A stretch of DNA of 25,257 bases. It comes from a virus (Duplodnaviria; Caudoviricetes). Below, in pieces: positions 7,654 to 15,906 of this stretch; position 1 is the first letter of the stretch, and each line of letters opens with the position of its first letter. The stretch lies in the IMG/VR virus record IMGVR_UViG_3300031953_000094, positions 1 through 25,257 of that record, one strand, 5' to 3'. The notes below the pieces were generated by a model. It had not been told where the DNA came from and did not search any database. It was given only the letters and a program-made list of their open reading frames with translations. Made by a program: the position numbers and the translations under genes.

Positions 7654-8510
7654 GCGGCTGCCTGGACAACCGCACGTAGCGCGTCCACCGGTGTCTCGAC
7701 ATAGCGCATTGTCGTCTCAGGCTTCGAGTGCCCCAGCACCTTGCCGAGCGCCAGCACGTCGGGACTTGCGGCATAGGAGCGCGTCGCAAAGGCGTGGCGC
7801 AACTGGTGACCAGTCCAGTCGCCAGGCAGGGCGCGGGCCATGAGCTTGGAGACCCATTGCGCCGACACGTGACCGTCCAGCGAACCAGGGAACACGTAGC
7901 CGCGAGCGCCGGTGATTGCGTCCTGTAGTTCCGAGTTAAGGATTGGAACCAGGCGCATCTTGCCGCCCTTGCCGTCGACGTAGAGTATGTCGCCGATGAG
8001 ATCGGCTGTGCGCACGGCCGCTATCTCGCCGCAACGCAGGCCGGCGTATCGGGCGAGCATGAGCATCAGCCGCACTGGTCGAGATGTACCGAATACCGCT
8101 TCCTGGTAGACGCGTTCGGGAGTAGGGCGCGGCACGCCGGGCGGCACTGTGATGGGCATGAGGTCTACGGCCGGGGAGCGCTCCATCTCGTCGACAGAAA
8201 CGCACCAACGGTAGAACCCCACGGCGACCGTGCGCGCGGACTTGCGTGACTCGGGCCCCCAGTTGGCATTGGCGAGCCACGACTCGAGGTCGCGTCGGGC
8301 GACGGCCAGGGGGTCGGGTTGGGTGCGTGCCAGGAGTTGGAGGTAGTGACCATGCAGGCGGACAGTCTTGGGCCTACGGCCAGCACCGCGCATAGCGGTC
8401 AAATACCCATCCATTAATCGGATCCACATCGTTGTAGCCCCCCAGCCGTCAGCCTCACGGCTTTCATTGCCTATCGGGTGACTACCAGGGAACTTTAGGA
8501 TGTCGCCCAT
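7650..8510 (-). CDS. int: Phage integrase (tyrosine, arm-less type) with C-terminal ssrA-like degron
   Basis: AGLRCGE, GKGGK, HQLRH, LGHSK and TMRY motifs. Ends in QAAA. Co-oriented with the repressor that contains attP. Confidence 0.93.
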   Translation of the reverse strand: MGDILKFPGSHPIGNESREADGWGATTMWIRLMDGYLTAMRGAGRRPKTVRLHGHYLQLLARTQPDPLAVARRDLESWLANANWGPESRKSARTVAVGFYRWCVSVDEMERSPAVDLMPITVPPGVPRPTPERVYQEAVFGTSRPVRLMLMLARYAGLRCGEIAAVRTADLIGDILYVDGKGGKMRLVPILNSELQDAITGARGYVFPGSLDGHVSAQWVSKLMARALPGDWTGHQLRHAFATRSYAASPDVLALGKVLGHSKPETTMRYVETPVDALRAVVQAAA

Positions 8511-8512
8511 AA

Positions 8513-8806
8513 TTAGGCATCTAAAGTGTTGAGCACCACACGCCGCGTGCCCAGCGGGGCTTCAATGTGCGCGAGCGTCATGTCGGTAAGTTCGAGCGTT
8601 CTGGCCCGGAGTGCTGACGCGCGTGCCCGGCCGATGGTGATCGCCGCGACGGCGCCGAAACGCTCGGCCGTGTCGAGGATCTGTCTCGCACTGTAGTCCT
8701 CGATCGCGTTAACCGCGTAGTGCGTCGGCGCTCCGAGTGCGAGCTCGATCGCGTCGAGGCAGAGTCGCTTGAGCAGGGGGGCGGGGAGTTGATCGGCGAG
8801 GCTCAT
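8513..8806 (-). CDS. Hypothetical protein between repressor and integrase
   Basis: 97 aa. ATGA overlap with the repressor stop; its own stop is 2 nt from the int start. Confidence 0.7.
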   Translation of the reverse strand: MSLADQLPAPLLKRLCLDAIELALGAPTHYAVNAIEDYSARQILDTAERFGAVAAITIGRARASALRARTLELTDMTLAHIEAPLGTRRVVLNTLDA

Positions 8807-9195
8807 GCCGCATCCTTCGTTTGGTGGGTGGCGAGCGTGCGGATGCGTGCGACCGCGGTGACTCGCTCGCGCTTGTCCGCGAGGCTTGAGATGCCTCCAG
8901 ACCTATAACCGGCAGGTTGTTGGTTCGAGTCCAACAGAGGGAGCCCCTTGCCCGACGTCGCCAGTGCGGGCGGCATTGGCCCCGGCTCCCCTTGAAGCCA
9001 CCACACGGGCACGCCCGTGGTCATCGCCCACGCCATTAGCGTGCGGCGATCCGGCTCCGTGTGCCCGCGCTCGTAACTTGAGATCGTCTGGCGCGATAGG
9101 TCGAGCGCGTCCGCAAATCCACCTGCGTTTCGGTCGTACCCTGCTGCCTCGCGCGCGATGCGCAAACGTTGGGGAACTGTAAGTTCGGGAATCAT
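8803..9195 (-). CDS. Immunity repressor (XRE HTH) containing attP, with C-terminal degron
   Basis: XRE HTH RLRIAREAAG...FADALDLSRQTISSYERG. LPLLDSNQQPAG is the reverse translation of a tRNA 3' half. Ends in DAA. RBS spacing favours ATG 9195 (TTG 9204 is an alternative). Confidence 0.93.
   Translation of the reverse strand: MIPELTVPQRLRIAREAAGYDRNAGGFADALDLSRQTISSYERGHTEPDRRTLMAWAMTTGVPVWWLQGEPGPMPPALATSGKGLPLLDSNQQPAGYRSGGISSLADKRERVTAVARIRTLATHQTKDAA
8906..8944 (+). other. attP common core, equivalent to the 3' half of a host tRNA (most likely tRNA-Asn GTT)
   Basis: TAACCGGCAGGTTGTTGGTTCGAGTCCAACAGAGGGAGC: 3' side of the anticodon arm, T-arm GTTGG-TTCGAGT-CCAAC, acceptor strand ending GGA plus G discriminator. 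Confidence 0.88.
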
Positions 9196-9228
9196 CTTCA
9201 CCAACCTCTTTCTTCTTGTCGTATGTCC

Positions 9229-9257
9229 AAGTTAGGACATGTTGCGATGGTTGTCAA
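9229..9257 (-). promoter_or_regulatory. Leftward repressor promoter (Prep)
   Basis: Minus strand TTGACA-N17-TAACTT. The -10 box is bracketed by the inverted repeat ATGTCC/GGACAT (9223-9240). Confidence 0.7.
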
Positions 9258-9310
9258 GTCGACTTATTCCTGCTTGTCTAAACTGCGACACGCCCATTTT
9301 TGTGTCCTGG

Positions 9311-9339
9311 CTTGACATATGTCAAGGCGGGCGTACTGT
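9311..9339 (+). promoter_or_regulatory. Rightward early promoter (PR) with repressor operator; leaderless transcript
   Basis: TTGACA-N16-TACTGT with ATG 7 nt downstream. A perfect palindrome CTTGACATATGTCAAG (9311-9326) overlaps the -35 box. Confidence 0.8.
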
Positions 9340-9346
9340 TTCGGCT

Positions 9347-9541
9347 ATGACGAAGTTCCGACACGACAAGAGCACCGGCGAAGTGGCCGAGATGCTAGAC
9401 CTCACGCCCCGACAGGTCGCCAGGCTCGCTGCCTGCGGTGACATTCCCGCGTTCAAGCTTCCAGGGAAAACCGGCTCGTACTTGTTCAACGAAGCCGACG
9501 TTCGCTCCTACCACGCCGCACGACAGGCCGCGCGGTCATGA
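9347..9541 (+). CDS. Cro/excisionase-like HTH DNA-binding protein (HTH_17)
   Basis: STGEVAEMLDLTPRQVARLAACGDIPAFKLPG...YLFNEADV. Divergent from the repressor. Confidence 0.85.
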   Translation: MTKFRHDKSTGEVAEMLDLTPRQVARLAACGDIPAFKLPGKTGSYLFNEADVRSYHAARQAARS

Positions 9542-9816
9542 CCACCCCCACCTGGCCGGATTCCTGGCTGACGGCTGACGAGGCGCGCGCCGCTGTGCCT
9601 GCCACCCCTGAGCGCCGCGACCTAGACCGCGCTCACCCGGCCCGCGCACTCACCGTCACCGAACCCGATGGCCGCGTGTTCTGGGTCATCACTGGCGCCG
9701 TGGAGTACCTAGCCGACTCAGCCGCCCATCAGCGGCTCGTCATCAGCAACCACAACGCCAACCGCAACCTGTCCGCTGACGACCTCATATTCGAGCACTA
9801 CAGGAGCATCTCATGA
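9538..9816 (+). CDS. Hypothetical protein
   Basis: ATGA overlaps at both ends. Confidence 0.6.
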   Translation: MTTPTWPDSWLTADEARAAVPATPERRDLDRAHPARALTVTEPDGRVFWVITGAVEYLADSAAHQRLVISNHNANRNLSADDLIFEHYRSIS

Positions 9817-9971
9817 CCGCCGCACGCACCCTCGCCGTCATCGCCACCACGTTCGCCCTGTCCATGTTCGGCACGTTCACCGACCGTCCAGGAATCACGC
9901 TCGCTGGGATTGTCGCCATCGTCGGGGCGGTCGGGTTCGCCTGGACGCGCCGGGATGAGGTGACGCGATGA
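9813..9971 (+). CDS. Small membrane protein (two TM segments)
   Basis: MTAARTLAVIATTFALSMFGTFTDRPGITLAGIVAIVGAVGFAWTRRDEVTR. RBS AGGAG and ATGA overlaps; below the ORF-track cutoff. Confidence 0.65.
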   Translation: MTAARTLAVIATTFALSMFGTFTDRPGITLAGIVAIVGAVGFAWTRRDEVTR

Positions 9972-10321
9972 GCAAAAACTACGGCAAGTGCAAGGACTGC
10001 GGAGTTGACCTCCCCACGAAGGGCGACGCCCGCGAGCACATGAGCGCAACGTCCGCGCCCGCTTTCGACGCGGACTGGCCTAGCCTCACGGCGCGCAGTC
10101 ACACAATAAGCGTGCTCACTCTTCCCCGAGAGGACCTGGTGCGCCGCCGAATCCAAGGTGGCATTTTCGCAATTGCCGAAGAGTTCGCCGAGACCATGGC
10201 GCGTCAAGTCGAGGAAGGCGACTACACCAAGTCCGAGGTGAAGGACGCGCTCGCCGAGTACCCCGAATTCGAAGAGGCGTGGGAGTGCATCGAGTCCGAC
10301 GTGCATGAGGTGACCTCATGA
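9968..10321 (+). CDS. Hypothetical protein (CxxC)
   Basis: RBS GAGGTG; ATGA overlaps. Confidence 0.65.
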   Translation: MSKNYGKCKDCGVDLPTKGDAREHMSATSAPAFDADWPSLTARSHTISVLTLPREDLVRRRIQGGIFAIAEEFAETMARQVEEGDYTKSEVKDALAEYPEFEEAWECIESDVHEVTS

Positions 10322-10584
10322 CCGCGACCATCCCCGAGCAGGTTTTCGACCAAGCTCTCGAGGCCGCGTTCGACGTGCTGGCGAAGTGTGAGACGGGCGA
10401 CTGTCGCGCACCGGCCGTCGGGCGTGCCAACCACGGCTCGTGCTCCTGGCTGCTGTGCACCAGGCACACGGAGGCAATCATGCACAACCGCGCGAACGCC
10501 ATCGCGCATGTCGTGACGCTCTGCCATTCACCTTGCGGCACCGAACTTGTGCGCCCGCAAGACCTGCACATTCACAACGCGTAA
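10318..10584 (+). CDS. Hypothetical Cys/His-rich protein
   Basis: RBS GAGGTG; ATGA overlap. Confidence 0.6.
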   Translation: MTATIPEQVFDQALEAAFDVLAKCETGDCRAPAVGRANHGSCSWLLCTRHTEAIMHNRANAIAHVVTLCHSPCGTELVRPQDLHIHNA

Positions 10585-10605
10585 ACCAAAGGTTTGGAGG
10601 AACCA

Positions 10606-10944
10606 ATGACTACCACCACCGCCGAAAGATCACCCGCGAACCCGTTCGCCATCCTCGACGATATGAACGCCGATCCTGAGACTCGTGCCGCAGCCGAGCG
10701 CGAGGTCATCGTGACCGCCGTGGCGCTAGCGTCTGTACTCACCAAGCACGGCCAGTTCTCGTGTGCCGATGTCAGGCAGCTCATCATGCGCCCGGTTCGT
10801 CCCGCACGTATCGGTGCGGTCGTCAGTGGCCTCGTGAAGCAGGGCGCCATCGTCAAGGTGCCCGGCAAGTACGTCCCCAATGGTGGCGGCTCGCGCAATG
10901 GCTCCAAGCCGTCGCCCGTGTATGTGATGGGGGCCGCGTCATGA
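10606..10944 (+). CDS. Hypothetical protein, possible winged-helix DNA-binding protein
   Basis: GGAGG RBS; FSCADVR...RIGAVVSGLVKQGAI segment. Confidence 0.65.
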   Translation: MTTTTAERSPANPFAILDDMNADPETRAAAEREVIVTAVALASVLTKHGQFSCADVRQLIMRPVRPARIGAVVSGLVKQGAIVKVPGKYVPNGGGSRNGSKPSPVYVMGAAS

Positions 10945-11279
10945 CGGCGCCCGACCTGACCGCCATCATCGATGACGTTGAGAAAGCGATCTGGATCGCC
11001 AACCGCGAGCCTGGCGCAACGGGACGCGACATGGCACGATTCGCCGTCACCGCCACCCTGCTCGCCCTGACCCCGATGGTCGATAACTGGGTGGCACTCG
11101 CCAAAGACAACGCGAGCATCGGCGCACGGTTCGAGATGCGTGCCGACGATGCCGAGGCTGACCTCGACTACCTGACAGCAACCGCCAGATCGGCGGACGC
11201 CCGCGTTGCCTACACCGCTGGCAACACGCTCCTGTCCTGCGCGTCCACGTTGCGCTCACTGATCGAGGGTGCCAAGTGA
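10941..11279 (+). CDS. Hypothetical protein
   Basis: ATGA/GTGA overlaps within the operon. Confidence 0.6.
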   Translation: MTAPDLTAIIDDVEKAIWIANREPGATGRDMARFAVTATLLALTPMVDNWVALAKDNASIGARFEMRADDAEADLDYLTATARSADARVAYTAGNTLLSCASTLRSLIEGAK

Positions 11280-12127
11280 GCGCCGTGGTCGAGGGGATGG
11301 ACGAGGCTGAGTACTTCGCCGACGAGGCACTGAGCGCATCCGGCATGAAGAAACTGCTCCGGTCCCCGCTCCACTTCAAGCATGGTCTAGGCAAGTCCGA
11401 GATCAAGGCCGTGTTCGACTTCGGGCACGCCGTACATGCGGACGTTCTCGGCGTCGGCGCACCACTGGCCGAGATCCCCGACGACCTGCTGAGCGGCGAC
11501 AATCGCACGGTCTCATCCAAGGATGCGAAGGCGTGGGTTGCCGCAGCTCGCGAACGCGGCGAGGTGCCCCTCAAGGCGCACGAACTCGCCGCCGTGCGAC
11601 GCGCCGCAGATGCAGTGCGGGCACACCCAAAGGCCGCATGGCTCCTGGGACTCCCCGGCAAGTCTGAGGTGTCCCTGTTCGGCACCGACCCGCAAACTGA
11701 CGTGCCGTTGCGCGGTCGCATCGACCGGCTATCGGAACTTCCGGACGGACGGATGGTCAACATCGACTTGAAGACCATCCCCGACGTGAGCCGAGTGAAG
11801 GTCAAGCGCCAGATCGAGGACATGGGCTATGACGTCCAGAGCGAGGTCTACAAGCACCTCATCGCCCTCACGCACCCTGGCCTCGAAGTTGCACCGACGC
11901 ACCTGATTTTCGTGGAGGCCACCGAGCCGCACGAGGTGCGCGTAGTGCAACTGGCACATGAGGACTGGATCAACGGTGGACGGGCACGCATGCGGCGCGC
12001 CATCGCCATCTACAAAGCGTGCGTCGAGACCGGCAACTGGCCTGGCGACGACGACGACATGGGCGCTGCCGAGGCAATCGAGCCACGCCCCTACTACCTA
12101 TCAGATACCGCGTTGGAGGACGAATAA
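11276..12127 (+). CDS. RecE/exonuclease VIII-like PD-(D/E)XK nuclease
   Basis: EYFADEALSASGMKKLLRSP, FDFGHAVH, EVSLF, LRGRIDRL, IDLKT and GYDVQ motifs. Confidence 0.88.
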   Translation: MSAVVEGMDEAEYFADEALSASGMKKLLRSPLHFKHGLGKSEIKAVFDFGHAVHADVLGVGAPLAEIPDDLLSGDNRTVSSKDAKAWVAAARERGEVPLKAHELAAVRRAADAVRAHPKAAWLLGLPGKSEVSLFGTDPQTDVPLRGRIDRLSELPDGRMVNIDLKTIPDVSRVKVKRQIEDMGYDVQSEVYKHLIALTHPGLEVAPTHLIFVEATEPHEVRVVQLAHEDWINGGRARMRRAIAIYKACVETGNWPGDDDDMGAAEAIEPRPYYLSDTALEDE

Positions 12128-13206
12128 TGACCATCAAAACCAGAAAGCCAACAGGAAAAGCGCCGTGGCCCATGTTGCTCATCGCGGGCGTGGAAAAGTC
12201 CGGCAAGTCGTACTCGTGCGCACAGTTCAGCGCATCCGACATGGTGGGTCGCACGTTCTACATCGAGGTGGGTGAGGGCTCAGCGGACCAGTACGGCGCG
12301 CTCACCGGCGCACGCTACGAGATCGTCGAGCACGACGGGTCGTGGCAGGGAATCCTCGACGCGTGCAAGGCCGCAGTGGTGGAGCCGTCCGAGGTCGGCA
12401 AGCCCAACTGCATCGTGCTCGACTCCGCGTCTGAACTCTGGGCGCTGCTATGCGACGAACAGCAGTCGGTCGCATCAGGTCGCGGCAAGTCGATCATCAC
12501 GATGGACCAATGGAACGCAGCCAAGCGTCGCTGGCGCCAGGTGATTGACGCCCTGCGCTCTAGCAAGGGTCCGGTACTCATCACCGCCCGCTACGAGCAA
12601 GTGACCGTCATGAAGGACGGGAAGCCGACCACCGACAAAGAGTGGAAGGTCCGCGCTGAGAAGGATCTCGCGTTTGAGGTTGACGGAATCATCGCCATGA
12701 AGGAGCCGCGCAAGCCCGTGGTCGCAGGGATCCGCACGGTCGCATTCGAGGTTCCCGCGGGCGGCATCGTGCCCCGTGATCAGTCGGCATTCGAGATTGA
12801 GGGATTCCTCAGGAGCCTGAACATCGACGGCGGTGAGCGCGTCTATATCCCCCGTAAGGAAGATCCTGACGCCTACAACCCGGCGCCCGATGCCGTGACA
12901 CCAGAGTCTGACCCCGAGGTGGTTGAGGCCGAGGTGGTCGAGGATGATCCGGTCGACACGCCCGACGCCCCAGCCAAGGCCACCACAGCCCAGGTCGCGC
13001 AGATCAAGCGTGGCGTCACGGCTAACGACATCGGCAACGAAGCGGCTAAGGCAATGGTCCAGCGCGTGACCGGCCGCGCAGATGCGACCACCGCGAACCT
13101 GACCGGCGACGAGGCTACGGCGATCCTGGCCGAGCTCGCAGCGTTCGAGGGTCCAGCCGCCGCCTCAGCGGACACGGCACGCGCCGCGATTGGGGCGACA
13201 TCGTGA
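12127..13206 (+). CDS. AAA_24 / Sak4-like recombination ATPase
   Basis: Walker A GVEKSGKS and Walker B IVLDS. Follows the exonuclease with TAATG coupling. Confidence 0.82.
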   Translation: MTIKTRKPTGKAPWPMLLIAGVEKSGKSYSCAQFSASDMVGRTFYIEVGEGSADQYGALTGARYEIVEHDGSWQGILDACKAAVVEPSEVGKPNCIVLDSASELWALLCDEQQSVASGRGKSIITMDQWNAAKRRWRQVIDALRSSKGPVLITARYEQVTVMKDGKPTTDKEWKVRAEKDLAFEVDGIIAMKEPRKPVVAGIRTVAFEVPAGGIVPRDQSAFEIEGFLRSLNIDGGERVYIPRKEDPDAYNPAPDAVTPESDPEVVEAEVVEDDPVDTPDAPAKATTAQVAQIKRGVTANDIGNEAAKAMVQRVTGRADATTANLTGDEATAILAELAAFEGPAAASADTARAAIGATS

Positions 13207-13385
13207 CCCGCCCAACCTCACCCCATGACCACCACGTCCTAGGTGGCATCCGAGCGATCGACGACACGATCGCAGCCGAACCCGTGCCCGAGCCGCGTTG
13301 GTCCTGGCATCACGTCGCCGTCATAGGTGCGATCTTCTTCGTGCTGGGAACCATTTGCTACAACCTGGCAGGAGCCACATCATGA
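13203..13385 (+). CDS. Small membrane protein
   Basis: TM segment VAVIGAIFFVLGTICY; overlaps at both ends. Confidence 0.6.
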   Translation: MTRPTSPHDHHVLGGIRAIDDTIAAEPVPEPRWSWHHVAVIGAIFFVLGTICYNLAGATS

Positions 13386-13867
13386 GCACCAATAATTTCG
13401 ACGGCCTGTGCGGTGCGTGTCGCGCAAACAATCACATCGCCGATCACCTATTCACCGACGGGTGCCACTGCGCATGCCACACCGGCCGATGGGTTGAGGC
13501 CGAACGCGAGGGCTGGTACTGGACGAACCCTGACCACACCGAAGCCAGGGATGGGCGGTTCGTTGCCACCATCGCGGAAGAGGTGGGCGACCCCCATTGG
13601 TCGATGTCGCACGATGACTTCCCCGGTTGCGTAGTCCAGTACGGGACCGGCGGCACGGTTGGCGCGTGGGTTGAGCGTGCGCAGTGGCACTTTGACTCCT
13701 TCCTAACCTGGCTCACCGATCAGGGACAACCGAGTGAGCCGGAACCCACGTCCAAGCAGGACACGCAGGTCGCAACCGTCACAGTGAGGCTCGACCTCAC
13801 CGCCCTAGCTGACGACCTACAAGCCGCCGCCGACATTCTGCGCCCACGGATTGGTCGTGCACTGTGA
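13382..13867 (+). CDS. Hypothetical protein (N-terminal Cys/His cluster)
   Basis: AGGAG RBS; ATGA overlap. Confidence 0.6.
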   Translation: MSTNNFDGLCGACRANNHIADHLFTDGCHCACHTGRWVEAEREGWYWTNPDHTEARDGRFVATIAEEVGDPHWSMSHDDFPGCVVQYGTGGTVGAWVERAQWHFDSFLTWLTDQGQPSEPEPTSKQDTQVATVTVRLDLTALADDLQAAADILRPRIGRAL

Positions 13868-13965
13868 CCACCCCTCATCACGCAACCCGCACCCCGCGCA
13901 CCGCCCGTTGGATCATCATCGCCGTCGTGTTGGGGCTGACTGTCGGAATCGTGGTCGGCTCATGA
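13864..13965 (+). CDS. 33-aa single-TM peptide
   Basis: MTTPHHATRTPRTARWIIIAVVLGLTVGIVVGS; GTGA/ATGA overlaps. Confidence 0.5.
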   Translation: MTTPHHATRTPRTARWIIIAVVLGLTVGIVVGS

Positions 13966-14033
13966 GGGCGGCACTGATATTCCTGCTCGCCGTGTTCGTC
14001 TTCGTCGGCCTGCTTTGGTCGGTGCCGTCATGA
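13962..14033 (+). CDS. 23-aa hydrophobic peptide
   Basis: MRAALIFLLAVFVFVGLLWSVPS; ATGA overlaps at both ends. Confidence 0.45.
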   Translation: MRAALIFLLAVFVFVGLLWSVPS

Positions 14034-15022
14034 GCGGCGACATGAACGCGCTCATCGATGACCTGCATGTGGTTGAGGGCTACCTGGGCTTGAGCCACTA
14101 CCGAGACGAGCGTCTGACTGACGAGGAGATGGCGAACGGACACCGCGTGCTGGACGCCGCCCGTGCCGCCATCGCCGCGATGGACCTGCCGATCAAGCCC
14201 CGAGTGCGCCACCGTCCAACGGGCGTGTTCTCGGGCGATTACTACGCCATCACCTACGACGACTGCGAGTGCCAGGGGTGGGACATGGTGTTGGTCCACT
14301 CGTGCGACGGGGAGCCGCGAGAGGGCGGGCAAACGCTTGTGGCACGCCAGAACCACCTACGGGCCTGTCCCAAGTACCCGCACCCCACCCCCGATCCAGA
14401 CATGTGCGCCCTGTGCGGTCGCCCGACCAAGGGGCACGCCACATACCAGTCCAGCAACGGCCCCGAACTCCACCTATGCCACAGCGACGGACGCGACTGT
14501 TACCGCCGCTGGATACAGGGAGAGCGGCCCACGCCTGAGCCAGACGCTGCGGAGGTGGCACGGGAACTTGCGCGTCAAGTGGGCACACATCACCTCGACC
14601 GGTTCGAACATGGCGATAGTCAGTTGAGCGCTTGGTATATGCGCAAAGCGGAAGGCGTCATGGCCCTGTTCCCGTCCCAACCTGTCGGAAATCCCGACAC
14701 GTTGCCGACCGTAGAGGCCGTGGCGCGGGTGGCATACCGAGTCGGCTATGAGAATGGGATACCCGCATCGCTTGCGAACTTGCCCGCATACCGGGAGATC
14801 GCCGCCGCCATCGTGGCCCTGTTCCCGTCCGCCCTCTACCCGCACCCCACCCCCGAGCCTGACGCTGAGGTGACTCGTAGCGGCCTACTCGTCGCAATCG
14901 CAGATGCCGACGTTTCGCCGAGGCAGGATGGCTCTCGGGTGCTCAACCACGGCGAGGTTGTCGTGGTTGCAATGGCCGTGGGCTCGTACCTCAAGGCCGC
15001 CGGAATCAAGGTGCAACCATGA
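14030..15022 (+). CDS. Mosaic hypothetical protein with repeated PTPEPD linkers
   Basis: 330-aa ORF with internal DNA repeats; ATGA overlaps. Confidence 0.65.
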   Translation: MSGDMNALIDDLHVVEGYLGLSHYRDERLTDEEMANGHRVLDAARAAIAAMDLPIKPRVRHRPTGVFSGDYYAITYDDCECQGWDMVLVHSCDGEPREGGQTLVARQNHLRACPKYPHPTPDPDMCALCGRPTKGHATYQSSNGPELHLCHSDGRDCYRRWIQGERPTPEPDAAEVARELARQVGTHHLDRFEHGDSQLSAWYMRKAEGVMALFPSQPVGNPDTLPTVEAVARVAYRVGYENGIPASLANLPAYREIAAAIVALFPSALYPHPTPEPDAEVTRSGLLVAIADADVSPRQDGSRVLNHGEVVVVAMAVGSYLKAAGIKVQP

Positions 15023-15126
15023 CCCGCGCCCTGACCATCACCGTCGCGGCGACCGTCGCGCTGTCCATCGCCGCACTGTACGCCGCCCGATGCGTACTCG
15101 TGCACGGCATTGATTGGCGGGCGTGA
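15019..15126 (+). CDS. 35-aa single-TM peptide
   Basis: MTRALTITVAATVALSIAALYAARCVLVHGIDWRA; coupled at both ends. Confidence 0.5.
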   Translation: MTRALTITVAATVALSIAALYAARCVLVHGIDWRA

Positions 15127-15491
15127 TGAGTGACCTGCTCGACATGCTCGATGCCCTCTCTGCACGCGAGAACCCCACCACCGGCAACCCGGACGTGCGC
15201 GACACCAGCACGGGCGATGCGATTGACAAGCATGACCGCTGCCCCGATTGCGGCCACCTCGCGTGCGGTTCGTGCCACGCGCCGGGGATGGTGCGATCAG
15301 TGTTCCGCACTGTCGATGGCTGGCTCACGGTTGCGTCATGCAAGTGCGGGCGACTGCGATGGACCGCCCTAGAGCCACGCGAGGGCGACTTCTGGCTGCA
15401 CCATGCGCCCGACGTCTGGGGACCAATCGTCCCGCGCCCCGACGTGGACGCATGGATGGCTGGTGCCGATCGTGCCGAGGTGCTGGCATGA
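15126..15491 (+). CDS. Hypothetical zinc-binding protein
   Basis: CPDCGH, CGSCH and CKCG motifs; TGATG coupling. Confidence 0.6.
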   Translation: MSDLLDMLDALSARENPTTGNPDVRDTSTGDAIDKHDRCPDCGHLACGSCHAPGMVRSVFRTVDGWLTVASCKCGRLRWTALEPREGDFWLHHAPDVWGPIVPRPDVDAWMAGADRAEVLA

Positions 15492-15727
15492 GCGACTGGA
15501 CCGTCGACGCCCTGTGCGCACAGACCGATCCCGAACTGTTCTTCCCGGCCAAGGGCGAGAACCCCAACCCCGGCAAGTCAATCTGCGCGACGTGTCCCGT
15601 CATCGAGCCTTGCCGAGCCTACGCAATAGCCGACCCATCACTAACCGGCACATGGGGCGGGCTCACGCGACGGGACCGCCAGTACGCACGCCGAGCATTG
15701 GTAAACACCGAAAGGCAAGCATCATGA
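15488..15727 (+). CDS. whiB: WhiB family transcriptional regulator
   Basis: ALCAQTDPELFFP...ICATCPVIEPC...GTWGGLT: four Cys plus the GxWGG turn. Confidence 0.93.
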   Translation: MSDWTVDALCAQTDPELFFPAKGENPNPGKSICATCPVIEPCRAYAIADPSLTGTWGGLTRRDRQYARRALVNTERQAS

Positions 15728-15906
15728 ACCCACCATGCCCAACCTGCACCCACGTGCACGACCCGTCATGGGTCCGCGCTCAGGGACGCTTCCACGCAAC
15801 CGGAACCGTCGGCTACCGGGCCGCAACACCTGACGCACCGTTACGCGCCACCCATGCCGAGGCTGAGGCCGACGCGTGTGCCGCTATGGCTGGAGGTGCG
15901 GCGTGA
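15724..15906 (+). CDS. Hypothetical protein
   Basis: GAAAGG RBS; ATGA overlap. Confidence 0.55.
   Translation: MNPPCPTCTHVHDPSWVRAQGRFHATGTVGYRAATPDAPLRATHAEAEADACAAMAGGAA

Noticed and set aside
8870-8946. Complete tRNA gene
   Set aside because: Only the 3' half is present, with no D-arm or 5' acceptor strand. Interpreted as the attP core.
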